Source: a virus. From it: a stretch of 32,831 nt of DNA. The position numbers were made by a program, and so were the translations under genes. The notes under the pieces are model-generated. The model did not search any database. It was given only the letters and a program-made list of their open reading frames with translations, and was not told the origin of the DNA. Positions 25,379 through 31,928 of this stretch are shown one piece after another. The stretch spans positions 1 through 32,831 of IMG/VR virus record IMGVR_UViG_3300045988_100479, one strand, 5' to 3'. Each line of letters opens with the position of its first letter. The stretch's first letter is position 1.

Positions 25379-25613
25379 CTTCGACCACCTTCCTGACCAT
25401 CCTCTTCGCCATGTGCCAGCACTCCCTGGCCTTGCTGAGGTCCTTCCACTCGTCGTCCTTGAGTCCGGCCCTGTCGAGGTACTTGAGCGCCGAGCCTGCC
25501 GCGAAGTAGATTGCCATTGCCGGAGATATGGCGTACATCGCATCGATGCACTCGATGCCCTCACTGGCGTAGTGGCTTGGGTGCTCGACCCCGTCCATCG
25601 AGTCGTCTGACAT
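25365..25613 (-). CDS. Hypothetical protein (possibly DUF3310-like)
   Basis: 82 aa. The PSHYASEGIECIDAMY pattern resembles small phage DUF3310 proteins. This is a tentative recognition. Confidence 0.45.
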   Translation of the reverse strand: MSDDSMDGVEHPSHYASEGIECIDAMYAISPAMAIYFAAGSALKYLDRAGLKDDEWKDLSKARECWHMAKRMVRKVVEDDED

Positions 25614-25627
25614 CGCCCCTCACCCCC

Positions 25628-25747
25628 TCAGCGTCCGTTGTTCTTCGTCGCACCGACTAGGAATGCGACGCACACCACGAGAAGCATGATTACGTCCCCG
25701 ATGTTCGTCTGGGGGCTTAACGGGTGTGGGATAAGTGCTTGAAGCAT
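25628..25747 (-). CDS. Possible small hydrophobic peptide (39 aa), not in the ORF table
   Basis: Translation is MLQALIPHPLSPQTNIGDVIMLLVVCVAFLVGATKNNGR. It is preceded by AAAGGAAACGAAG and a hairpin at 25773..25794. Confidence 0.2.
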   Translation of the reverse strand: MLQALIPHPLSPQTNIGDVIMLLVVCVAFLVGATKNNGR

Positions 25748-25807
25748 CTTCGTTTCCTTTCTCTTGTTTGGGGGAGCGGTTTCGCCCCCGCTCCGTGGGC
25801 CGCTGGC

Positions 25808-25987
25808 TTACCTGTTCTCGTTGACCGCCGCGTCGTAGCCTTCTGCGTATGCCTTGACCATGGAGGGCGTGCGGTAGACGAGGTTTGCGAGGGAGCCACG
25901 CTCGACTGCCCTATCTACGCCATCACGGTTGACGATGTATGCGCCCATCCTGTGACCCCTGTTGTATGCCTTCTCGATGTTGCTCAT
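25808..25987 (-). CDS. Hypothetical small protein (cassette gene)
   Basis: 59 aa from ATG 25987 (MSNIEKAYNRG...). The upstream 5' leader is about 170 nt and carries element E. Confidence 0.45.
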   Translation of the reverse strand: MSNIEKAYNRGHRMGAYIVNRDGVDRAVERGSLANLVYRTPSMVKAYAEGYDAAVNENR

Positions 25988-26184
25988 TGCCGTTTCCTTT
26001 CTCTCTCTGAGGAATCGCATTTACGGCCTGTGTCTCGATGGTATATGCCGTCTGACCTTTCCTCTTCGTATATTAGTATACACTAACAACGCCCGAGATG
26101 GAAGCGCTTTCGTAAGAGATTCGCGCGGTAATTTATTCCGTGGGAAATTCTTCCGCACAAGAAAAAGGCCCCATCTCTGGGGCC
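25988..26184 (-). promoter_or_regulatory. Cassette element E: long leader with core AGTATACAC (26075..26083) and terminator hairpin GGCCCCA/TGGGGCC (26162..26184)
   Basis: Shares the AGTATACAC core and the CTTCCGCACxAAAAAGG box with element B. Confidence 0.5.
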
Positions 26185-26215
26185 CTGTCCTACCTTACGA
26201 AATTTTTCGGTTCCC

Positions 26216-26419
26216 TTACGCTGCTGCGTGCTTGCTCCACAGGTCTGAATAGATTTTGTCGCTTTCTTCTTCCGAGACGCGCCCGTCGATAATCTCGAAC
26301 CCACAGTCACGGAAAATCTCGCCTTCTGCCGTGTTCCAAGTCTTGTCAATTGCGTTGATGATTGCGCTGGTGCTAAGGCCGTTCATGAGCTTCATGAAGT
26401 TGTCGCGGCTTGCCTTCAT
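26216..26419 (-). CDS. Hypothetical small acidic protein (cassette gene)
   Basis: 67 aa; ATG 26419 directly downstream of element C. Confidence 0.5.
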   Translation of the reverse strand: MKASRDNFMKLMNGLSTSAIINAIDKTWNTAEGEIFRDCGFEIIDGRVSEEESDKIYSDLWSKHAAA

Positions 26420-26427
26420 TTTGGTTT

Positions 26428-26535
26428 CCTTTCTCTCTCCCTCACTTGCTGATAGCAGTATACACCTATGGCGACCTTATGCGCGCGGGAACCTGAGGTT
26501 TTTCAAAATAAAAAAGGCCCCCATTTCTGGGGGCC
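26428..26535 (-). promoter_or_regulatory. Cassette element C: near-identical copy of element A (core AGTATACAC 26457..26465) plus terminator GGCCCCCA/TGGGGGCC (26505..26535)
   Basis: The first 42 bp and the last roughly 45 bp are identical or nearly identical to element A, separated by a 20-bp variable segment. Confidence 0.55.
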
Positions 26536-26540
26536 TCGCC

Positions 26541-26726
26541 CTACCTTACGAAGAGCGCCTTGTAGCCCTCAATCGCATCTAGAAGGAACCACGTTGCCAC
26601 GTCGTATTCCTCCTTGTCGGATTCCGTCATGTCTCCGACCTTTCCACTCCAGTGGAACCGTGAGCCTTCGTAAAGGAGAACCTCATCGTCGGGCTGGAAG
26701 TCAGTGTCGAAGATTGTATTTGCCAT
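26541..26726 (-). CDS. Hypothetical small acidic protein (cassette gene)
   Basis: 61 aa, Asp/Glu-rich; ATG 26726 downstream of element D. Confidence 0.5.
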   Translation of the reverse strand: MANTIFDTDFQPDDEVLLYEGSRFHWSGKVGDMTESDKEEYDVATWFLLDAIEGYKALFVR

Positions 26727-26815
26727 TGTCGTTCCTTTCTCTCATTGCCTTACTTGCTGTAGCAAAGTATACACCTATGGCGAGCGGTTGCAGGCGAGAA
26801 TCTGAAAAACATTGC
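26727..26815 (-). promoter_or_regulatory. Cassette element D: core AGTATACAC (26766..26774), dyad TTGCTGTAGCAA (26754..26765), GAGAATCTGAAAAA box
   Basis: Same subtype as element B. Confidence 0.5.
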
Positions 26816-26844
26816 CCGATATATGAGCGCGGCCTATTTACTAT

Positions 26845-26894
26845 TTTCGTGACCTCACGAAATATGAGCGTGGCCCCCAGCATGGTGAGGGCCA
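26845..26894 (-). promoter_or_regulatory. Hairpin GTGGCCC-N12-GGGCCAC (26869..26894) and palindrome TTCGTGA-CC-TCACGAA (26845..26860) downstream of the sigma-like gene
   Basis: Direct dyad symmetries; a possible terminator/operator ahead of the first cassette. Confidence 0.35.
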
Positions 26895-26931
26895 CAGGCG
26901 AGAGAAAGGTGCGGCGCTCGATGGGCCGCGG

Positions 26932-27237
26932 CTAGATTGTACCACGGAGGAACCTGCGCAGTTGCTTCGCTGGCGAAGTCCTCTCGTAATGCATCCGTCT
27001 CGCTATCGTCTCCCAGCTCTTCCCCTCCAGGAACCGCATGACGGCGATTGCCCTGACTCTCGCGTCTGGGATTGCAGCGATGAAGGCCATGACCTCCAGC
27101 CTTGCGGCTTCGACCGCCCGTGCCTGCCTGTCAATCGCCCTCAGAACGTCCTCGCTGCTCTCTTCGGCTGCGACCCTGCGGAGCGCGTCCAGCTCCGCCT
27201 TGAGATGCACGGCCTGCGAAAGCTCGCGCTCGGTCAC
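26932..27237 (-). CDS. Sigma-70 region-4-like HTH transcriptional regulator (ArpU/RinA/DUF1492-like phage activator)
   Basis: The C-terminal segment VRAIAVMRFLEGKSWETIARRMHYERTSPAKQLRRFL resembles sigma region 4. A probable GTG start at 27237 overlaps the dnaC-like stop (GTGA). The listed ORF is over-extended, and its 27324 start is also GTG. Confidence 0.5.
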   Translation of the reverse strand: MTERELSQAVHLKAELDALRRVAAEESSEDVLRAIDRQARAVEAARLEVMAFIAAIPDARVRAIAVMRFLEGKSWETIARRMHYERTSPAKQLRRFLRGTI

Positions 27238-28073
27238 AGCCCCAGAAGCTCCTTGGCTGCTGCTGTCCGTGCTGCGTAGTCCGAACGTCGGCGGTCTTGT
27301 CCGTTGAAGGCCACGGGGACGCACATGTCCATGATGCGGCTGTAGATTCGCTGCTCGCCGAGTCCGTCAGCGCTCATGAGGTCGCGTGGGTTGATGTTCG
27401 TCGTCACTATCAGCGGCAGCTTGGAGCGGTAGCGGGCGTCGATGACTGCCGTCACCTGCTCCGTCATGTACTCGGTGCGGCGCTCTGTGGCGAAGTCATC
27501 GATTATGAGCAGGTCAAACTTCTGCAGACTGTCGATGTACTCCTGCTTCCCCGAGAACCCGTTCTGCAGCTTGTTGACTATTCGCTGGAAGTTGGTCATG
27601 AGACACGGCGTTCCGCTCTCAATGAGCGCGTTAGCTATGCACGCGGCCGCGAAGCTCTTCCCGCTGCCGACGTTTCCGTAGAGCATGAGGCCCGTGCCGT
27701 TCTCCAGCATCTGCGGGAACTTCTCGACGTACCGCCTCATGGCCGCCATGGTCTTGGCGTCCTTGCCGTCATCGTTGGCGAAGGTCCACTCCCTCATCTC
27801 CGAGTCGGGGAAGCCGGTGCGGCGCATCCTGTCCACGCGTTGCATCCTCTCGCGCGTGCGCTCGTCCTCCTTCCTGCGCTCCTCATCCTCGACCTCGCAC
27901 TTGCACATACAGTAGGGCTTGATTACCCTGCCGCCGAACTCCACCTCGCACTGCTTGGGAGTGTGGCACTTTCCGCAGTAGAGCAGGCCGTCCTTGATGT
28001 AGTCGCCCGCCTGCGGCTTCGCGTTCATGTCTGCTGCCTTTGCCAGTCCCTCGATTATTCCATTCATGTTCAT
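27234..28073 (-). CDS. DnaC/IstB-like AAA+ helicase loader
   Basis: Walker A LYGNVGSGKSF, Walker B DLLIIDDFATE, and an N-terminal Cys-rich segment. Confidence 0.85.
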   Translation of the reverse strand: MNMNGIIEGLAKAADMNAKPQAGDYIKDGLLYCGKCHTPKQCEVEFGGRVIKPYCMCKCEVEDEERRKEDERTRERMQRVDRMRRTGFPDSEMREWTFANDDGKDAKTMAAMRRYVEKFPQMLENGTGLMLYGNVGSGKSFAAACIANALIESGTPCLMTNFQRIVNKLQNGFSGKQEYIDSLQKFDLLIIDDFATERRTEYMTEQVTAVIDARYRSKLPLIVTTNINPRDLMSADGLGEQRIYSRIMDMCVPVAFNGQDRRRSDYAARTAAAKELLGL

Positions 28074-28088
28074 GATTTTCCTTCCTCT

Positions 28089-28835
28089 CTATCGCGTTGT
28101 CGGCGCGTACTTTCCAAGTCCGAGAACCTTGTCTAGCTCCTCGTCTCCGCTGCTCTGGTAGTAGTAATCTGCATCTACCTTCTTGCTGAATCCGCTTGAT
28201 GTTTCACGTGAAACGCCGACTTTGTTTCCGTCCCTGTCACGTCGCGCCCAGTTCCGAATCGTTGCTAGGTGGTTCTTGTAGCTCTTCCCGCTTGATGCCA
28301 TGTAGGAGCTGAGCCTTTCGATTCTCTCTTCCCAGTCCGTGGGAAACTCAGTTTTGAGCTTCTGCACGTCTGAATCTGTGAGAAGAACGTTGGAGTACTC
28401 GCCGAACTTGTGGCGCGTCTCTATCTTCTCTCTAGTGTTTTTCTCTAGCTTATCTACATCTATAGTATGGGTGCTCATTTTGGGTACACCCCCCATACCC
28501 ATTTTGGGTACGCCCCCCTGTTCATTTTGGGTACACCACTGCGCATTTTGGGTACCCCGTACCGCCCTGTAGTCCACGAGCAGCACACCAGCCTTCACGT
28601 GCTCGCGTCTCTCAATGAGTCCGTCCGCACATAGCGTGTCCAGGTTCCGTGATACAGTGCTCTTCGACACTTGGCACCACGCTGCCAAATATGAGCGCGA
28701 CCCCGTGAACCACGAGTCTCCATCCTGCGAGAATCCGTAGATTACCGCGTAGATTATCAACGCGTTCCCGCTTAGGTGCAGCTCGTTCACCATGAATGCC
28801 TGAATGTTCACGTATGAGTCGGATTTTACTTCCAT
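28089..28835 (-). CDS. Replication initiator (winged-helix N-terminal domain, DnaD-like C-terminus) containing origin iterons
   Basis: ATG 28835 has RBS AGGGGAG. The HTH region is YLAAWCQVSKSTVSRNLDTLCADGLIER. Four iterons lie inside the coding region. The listed GTG start at 28868 falls inside a 13-bp-stem hairpin. Confidence 0.65.
   Translation of the reverse strand: MEVKSDSYVNIQAFMVNELHLSGNALIIYAVIYGFSQDGDSWFTGSRSYLAAWCQVSKSTVSRNLDTLCADGLIERREHVKAGVLLVDYRAVRGTQNAQWCTQNEQGGVPKMGMGGVPKMSTHTIDVDKLEKNTREKIETRHKFGEYSNVLLTDSDVQKLKTEFPTDWEERIERLSSYMASSGKSYKNHLATIRNWARRDRDGNKVGVSRETSSGFSKKVDADYYYQSSGDEELDKVLGLGKYAPTTR
28201..28214. promoter_or_regulatory. Perfect 14-bp palindrome GTTTCACGTGAAAC, copy 3 of 3, inside the initiator gene 3' end and about 130 bp upstream of dnaC-like
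   Basis: Exact identity with copies at 11075 and 15173; it encodes VSRET. Confidence 0.6.
28476..28555. repeat. Iteron array: four direct repeats of CATTTTGGGTAC at 28476, 28500, 28523 and 28544 (spacing 24, 23, 21 bp); putative replication origin
   Basis: Read directly from the sequence. The repeats are embedded in the initiator ORF and encode VPKM or TQN depending on phase. Confidence 0.7.
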
Positions 28836-28857
28836 TCTTCCAGCTCCCCTAAGCGAA

Positions 28858-28900
28858 AGCCCCATCACAGGTAACGGCTGTGATGGGGCTTTCTATTTTT
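28858..28900 (+). terminator. Strong hairpin (13-bp perfect stem AGCCCCATCACAG/CTGTGATGGGGCT, 7-nt loop) followed by TTCTATTTTT on the plus strand
   Basis: The U-tract is on the plus strand although both flanking genes are minus-strand. It may be a bidirectional terminator or an ori-associated structure. Confidence 0.4.
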
Positions 28901-28966
28901 TCATGCCGTGAAGGCTTGAAAACTATGTCATGCAAGGCCGTTACCCTCGCTTCCCAAATTATAGCA

Positions 28967-29308
28967 TCAAGACTCCTCGATGTTGATGTGATTCATGTAC
29001 GCCATGAGCTTCTTCTTCATCTTGTACTCGGCAGTCTTGAAGCCCTTGCAGTCCTCAACGACCACCTTTCCGGCGCGGTAGTAGACGAAGTCTGCCACAT
29101 AGCTCATGCCACGGTACTTCACGCCGTCGCACTCGAAGCTTGGCAGAATCTCGAAGGGCACCTGGAGGCGCAAGTGCTGAATCTTGCCCGCTTCCTCCAT
29201 TGCGCGGAGCTTGGCATACCGCTTGGCCTCCTTGGCGCTGTCGAACTCGATGCCGTCAATCGTAGTCTTTTTTGCGTGGTACTTACTTCCCCGTGCTGCC
29301 AAAGCCAT
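28967..29308 (-). CDS. DUF1064-like putative PD-(D/E)XK nuclease
   Basis: 113 aa from ATG 29308. KYHAKKTTIDGIEFDSAKEAKRY resembles DUF1064. VADFVYY...VVEDCKG fits the D...E.K signature. Confidence 0.45.
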   Translation of the reverse strand: MALAARGSKYHAKKTTIDGIEFDSAKEAKRYAKLRAMEEAGKIQHLRLQVPFEILPSFECDGVKYRGMSYVADFVYYRAGKVVVEDCKGFKTAEYKMKKKLMAYMNHINIEES

Positions 29309-29702
29309 CACCTCCCCTCTCGGAATCGTCGAGCTTGTCAACGACGTCAAAATCCACGTACTCGCAGGGCATGATTACCAGCTGCGTGATTTTGTCGTAC
29401 CGCTCGATTTTGTAAGGCTTGTCCCCGTGATTGTAGAGCTTCACCTTGATGGAGCCGGTATATCCCTCGTCGATGACGCCCTCGGACGTGATGCCGAACC
29501 CAACGTTGAGTCCAGACCTGCTCTTGAGCATTCCGACGTGGCCGTGCGGAAGCTGGATGTGGACGCCCGTGTCGATGATGCGCGTGCCCCTCGCTGGAAC
29601 CACCGCATCGATTGGCGAGCGCAGGTCTGCCCCCGCGTCCGTCGCGTGCGCCCTGACTGGCATGAACGCGCCCACGTCAAGCTTGATTTTCATTGACTTC
29701 AT
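29283..29702 (-). CDS. dut: dUTP diphosphatase (dUTPase)
   Basis: Motifs AGADL, GVIDEGYTG and C-terminal RGGDGFGSTG. Confidence 0.9.
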   Translation of the reverse strand: MKSMKIKLDVGAFMPVRAHATDAGADLRSPIDAVVPARGTRIIDTGVHIQLPHGHVGMLKSRSGLNVGFGITSEGVIDEGYTGSIKVKLYNHGDKPYKIERYDKITQLVIMPCEYVDFDVVDKLDDSERGGDGFGSTGK

Positions 29703-29913
29703 CCCTCCCGAAGCTGTATCTTGCGTACCTTGTGGCCTGCCCGAAGCGGTTCTTGCCGTGCTCCCGCTCCGTGTGCAGGTCGTGGCCGTCCTCCTTCAGC
29801 TCAAAGATGACAGCCGCGAGCCTTGTGACTCCCAGGTCCTTGAATGCGTCCAGCGGCGTTATGCTGCCGAACTCGCGTATGTAGTCGAGGACCATCTGCT
29901 TTTGACTTGCCAT
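29677..29913 (-). CDS. Winged-helix DNA-binding protein (HTH_39-like)
   Basis: 78 aa. LGVTRLAAVIFELKEDGHDLHTE resembles the phage HTH_39 family. Confidence 0.45.
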   Translation of the reverse strand: MASQKQMVLDYIREFGSITPLDAFKDLGVTRLAAVIFELKEDGHDLHTEREHGKNRFGQATRYARYSFGRDEVNENQA

Positions 29914-29930
29914 TGCTTGCCCCCCTCTCT

Positions 29931-30245
29931 CTAAACGTAGTTCCTCCCGATTCGCTTCATCCAGTCATCGAGCGACCAGCCGTAGTACTCCATCGCGCGT
30001 CGCTGCGACACCTCTTGCAGGTACGTCTCGAACGGGCGGTTGAAGTGAACCGCATAATCGCTCATGTTGTGGGCTTCTGGCGGCAGGAACACATAAAGCC
30101 CGTACTCGATTGACTTCTGGCGGTTCGGGCCGTGAAAGACCTCGTGCCGCACGAGCCACGGCTCGCGCTCGTCGAACCAGCGAATCAAGACCCCGTGCCG
30201 CTCGTCGTACCACTCGCCGCAGCCGAGAACGCTGTGCTCCTTCAT
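29931..30245 (-). CDS. Hypothetical protein
   Basis: 105 aa from ATG 30245 (MKEHSVLGCGEWY...). It forms an ATGA overlap with the NinB-like stop. The listed ORF is over-extended. Confidence 0.45.
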   Translation of the reverse strand: MKEHSVLGCGEWYDERHGVLIRWFDEREPWLVRHEVFHGPNRQKSIEYGLYVFLPPEAHNMSDYAVHFNRPFETYLQEVSQRRAMEYYGWSLDDWMKRIGRNYV

Positions 30246-30712
30246 CCTTCGCCCTCCACGTACCTCAGGCGTGCGATTTCCTCGCGAGTCAGAACCGATA
30301 TGCCATGCGCCTCGCATTCCTCTCGCGCCCCGTCGATGAGGCGCGAGAACTCCGACGAGTCCATGTGCGAGGAGCCCTTGTAGATGCGATAGTGCGTGAA
30401 CTCGCGACCGCCAGCGAACCCCGAGCCGATTTCCTCGAAGTATCGGAAGTACCCGGAAACGTCAATGTCGGAACGAACGCTCACGACCTCGTATGGCGCG
30501 TGCTCCTTGAGCATCCTGAAGTGAAGCTCCGAGGTCGGTATCCTCAAGACCCTGCCCAGCTGGTTGAGCATCGACCAATAGTAGGCGTTCTGCGTGAGCG
30601 TCCGCTTCCTGCGGCGCTCCTTGATTTCGTACAGACGTTCCTTACCGTCGTGCGGCTGCTCGAAAAGCCAATGGATTATCTCCTCAGCCGTGCCAATCAT
30701 GCCGCCAATCAT
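30242..30712 (-). CDS. NinB/Orf-family recombination protein (putative)
   Basis: 156 aa. TLTQNAYYWSMLNQL resembles the lambda NinB motif SLDQNRKLWACLGDV. Confidence 0.5.
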   Translation of the reverse strand: MIGGMIGTAEEIIHWLFEQPHDGKERLYEIKERRRKRTLTQNAYYWSMLNQLGRVLRIPTSELHFRMLKEHAPYEVVSVRSDIDVSGYFRYFEEIGSGFAGGREFTHYRIYKGSSHMDSSEFSRLIDGAREECEAHGISVLTREEIARLRYVEGEG

Positions 30713-30771
30713 CCCGCGTCACCTCCTTTCATGTGAGAGGCGGGACGCCCTGGAGCGCCCCGCCGATTAGG

Positions 30772-31176
30772 TTAAAACGGGATGTCATCGTCGTAGACGG
30801 CCTGGGGGACGGCGGTCGGCTGATACTGGCTCGGCTGCTCCTGCTGCGGCCTGCGGTTCTGCATCAGCTCGACGTCGTTGGCGATGATGTCCACCTTCGA
30901 GTGCTTCTGCCCGTCCTTCTCCCAGCTCGAATAGTGGAGCTTGCCCGCGATTGCGACCTTCATGCCCTTGGCGAGGATGTCGCTCAGGGCCGTCGCGCGG
31001 TTGCCGAACGTCACGCACTCGAAGAAGTTGGGCACGTCCTCCCACTGCCCTGCAGCGTTCTTGCGGCGGTCGTTGACCGCGATTCCGAAGCTCAGAACAG
31101 GCGTCCCTCCCTGAGTTGCCCGAAGCTCCGGGTCGCGTGTCAAATTTCCCGTGACTGAAACTTGGTTGATGCTCAT
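30772..31176 (-). CDS. ssb: Single-stranded DNA-binding protein
   Basis: OB-fold N-terminus, Gln/Pro-rich linker and acidic C-terminal tail DDDIPF. Confidence 0.9.
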   Translation of the reverse strand: MSINQVSVTGNLTRDPELRATQGGTPVLSFGIAVNDRRKNAAGQWEDVPNFFECVTFGNRATALSDILAKGMKVAIAGKLHYSSWEKDGQKHSKVDIIANDVELMQNRRPQQEQPSQYQPTAVPQAVYDDDIPF

Positions 31177-31403
31177 TATTCGCCATCCTCCTTGGTAAGC
31201 TCTGCAAGCTTCTCGGCGTATGCGTTCCCAATGATGTAGCTGAGGATGTCGCTGGTGGTCTCGTCGCTCCAGACGAGATATTTTCCAGTCCAGCCAAGGC
31301 TCGCCCTGTTGAGCAGAACGTCCCTGACCATTGCCAGGTCGAATTTCGCCTTCAGCAGATTTTCGAATTCAGTTCTCGTGACTTGTACCGTGTTCTCGTT
31401 CAT
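31176..31403 (-). CDS. Hypothetical protein
   Basis: 75 aa; its stop overlaps the ssb start. Confidence 0.45.
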   Translation of the reverse strand: MNENTVQVTRTEFENLLKAKFDLAMVRDVLLNRASLGWTGKYLVWSDETTSDILSYIIGNAYAEKLAELTKEDGE

Positions 31404-31420
31404 TTTTCTTTCCCCTCTCT

Positions 31421-31927
31421 CTATTTTTCGGTTGCAAATACGAACGCCCTGCGACCCTTTGAATCGTTGTAGATGCTCAGCCCCGTTATCTGGCCGCTCT
31501 CGATTCTGACCTTCTCGCAGCGGAACTTGTCATAACAGGCGTGGCGCCCGTTCTTCCCCTGCTTGATGTTGCACTTCTCGGAAGGCACCCAGATGAAAGG
31601 CGACGTGTAAAGCTCGCGCCCGATGCCGAGCATGAATCCGGCACGCTTGAACGCGTCCGAAGCCCTGCCCTTCTCGGCCTCCATGTTCGAAGGCGTCCCG
31701 TTCGACTGCTTGCCAATCCACTGGCGCTTCTGCTCGTCCCACACCTCAATGGTGCAGAACAGCTCGCCATTGATGCTCTGGTAGCTGTCGCGCCAACCCA
31801 TGACGCCAAACGTCTCGTCAAGAATGCGCATGTCGCAGCGGCTGTCCTTGTAAAGCAGGAGCGACACGCCCTTCTGGCTGCATTGAGCCACGCGCACCTC
31901 TATCTCGTCTGCCCTCAGCTCCCGCAT
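31421..31927 (-). CDS. Rad52/22-family single-strand annealing protein (Sak-like)
   Basis: FGVMGW and EKGRASDAFKRAGFMLGIGRELY match Rad52 FGYNGW and [27 protein letters not shown]. Confidence 0.65.
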   Translation of the reverse strand: MRELRADEIEVRVAQCSQKGVSLLLYKDSRCDMRILDETFGVMGWRDSYQSINGELFCTIEVWDEQKRQWIGKQSNGTPSNMEAEKGRASDAFKRAGFMLGIGRELYTSPFIWVPSEKCNIKQGKNGRHACYDKFRCEKVRIESGQITGLSIYNDSKGRRAFVFATEK

Positions 31928-31928
31928 G

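Noticed and set aside
25717-25899. Listed 60-aa ORF 25717..25899
   Set aside because: It overlaps gene 25808..25987 in another frame and spans the terminator-like hairpin. It is not credible.
26701-26895. Listed 64-aa minus-strand ORF 26701..26895
   Set aside because: Its start lies inside the hairpin at 26869..26894 and it runs through conserved cassette element D and the RBS/ATG of gene 26541..26726 in another frame. It is most likely noncoding.
28470-28560. Iteron array as a CRISPR-like repeat
   Set aside because: There are only four short (12-bp core) repeats with 9 to 12-bp spacers, they lie inside an ORF and there are no cas genes. They fit origin iterons, not a CRISPR array.
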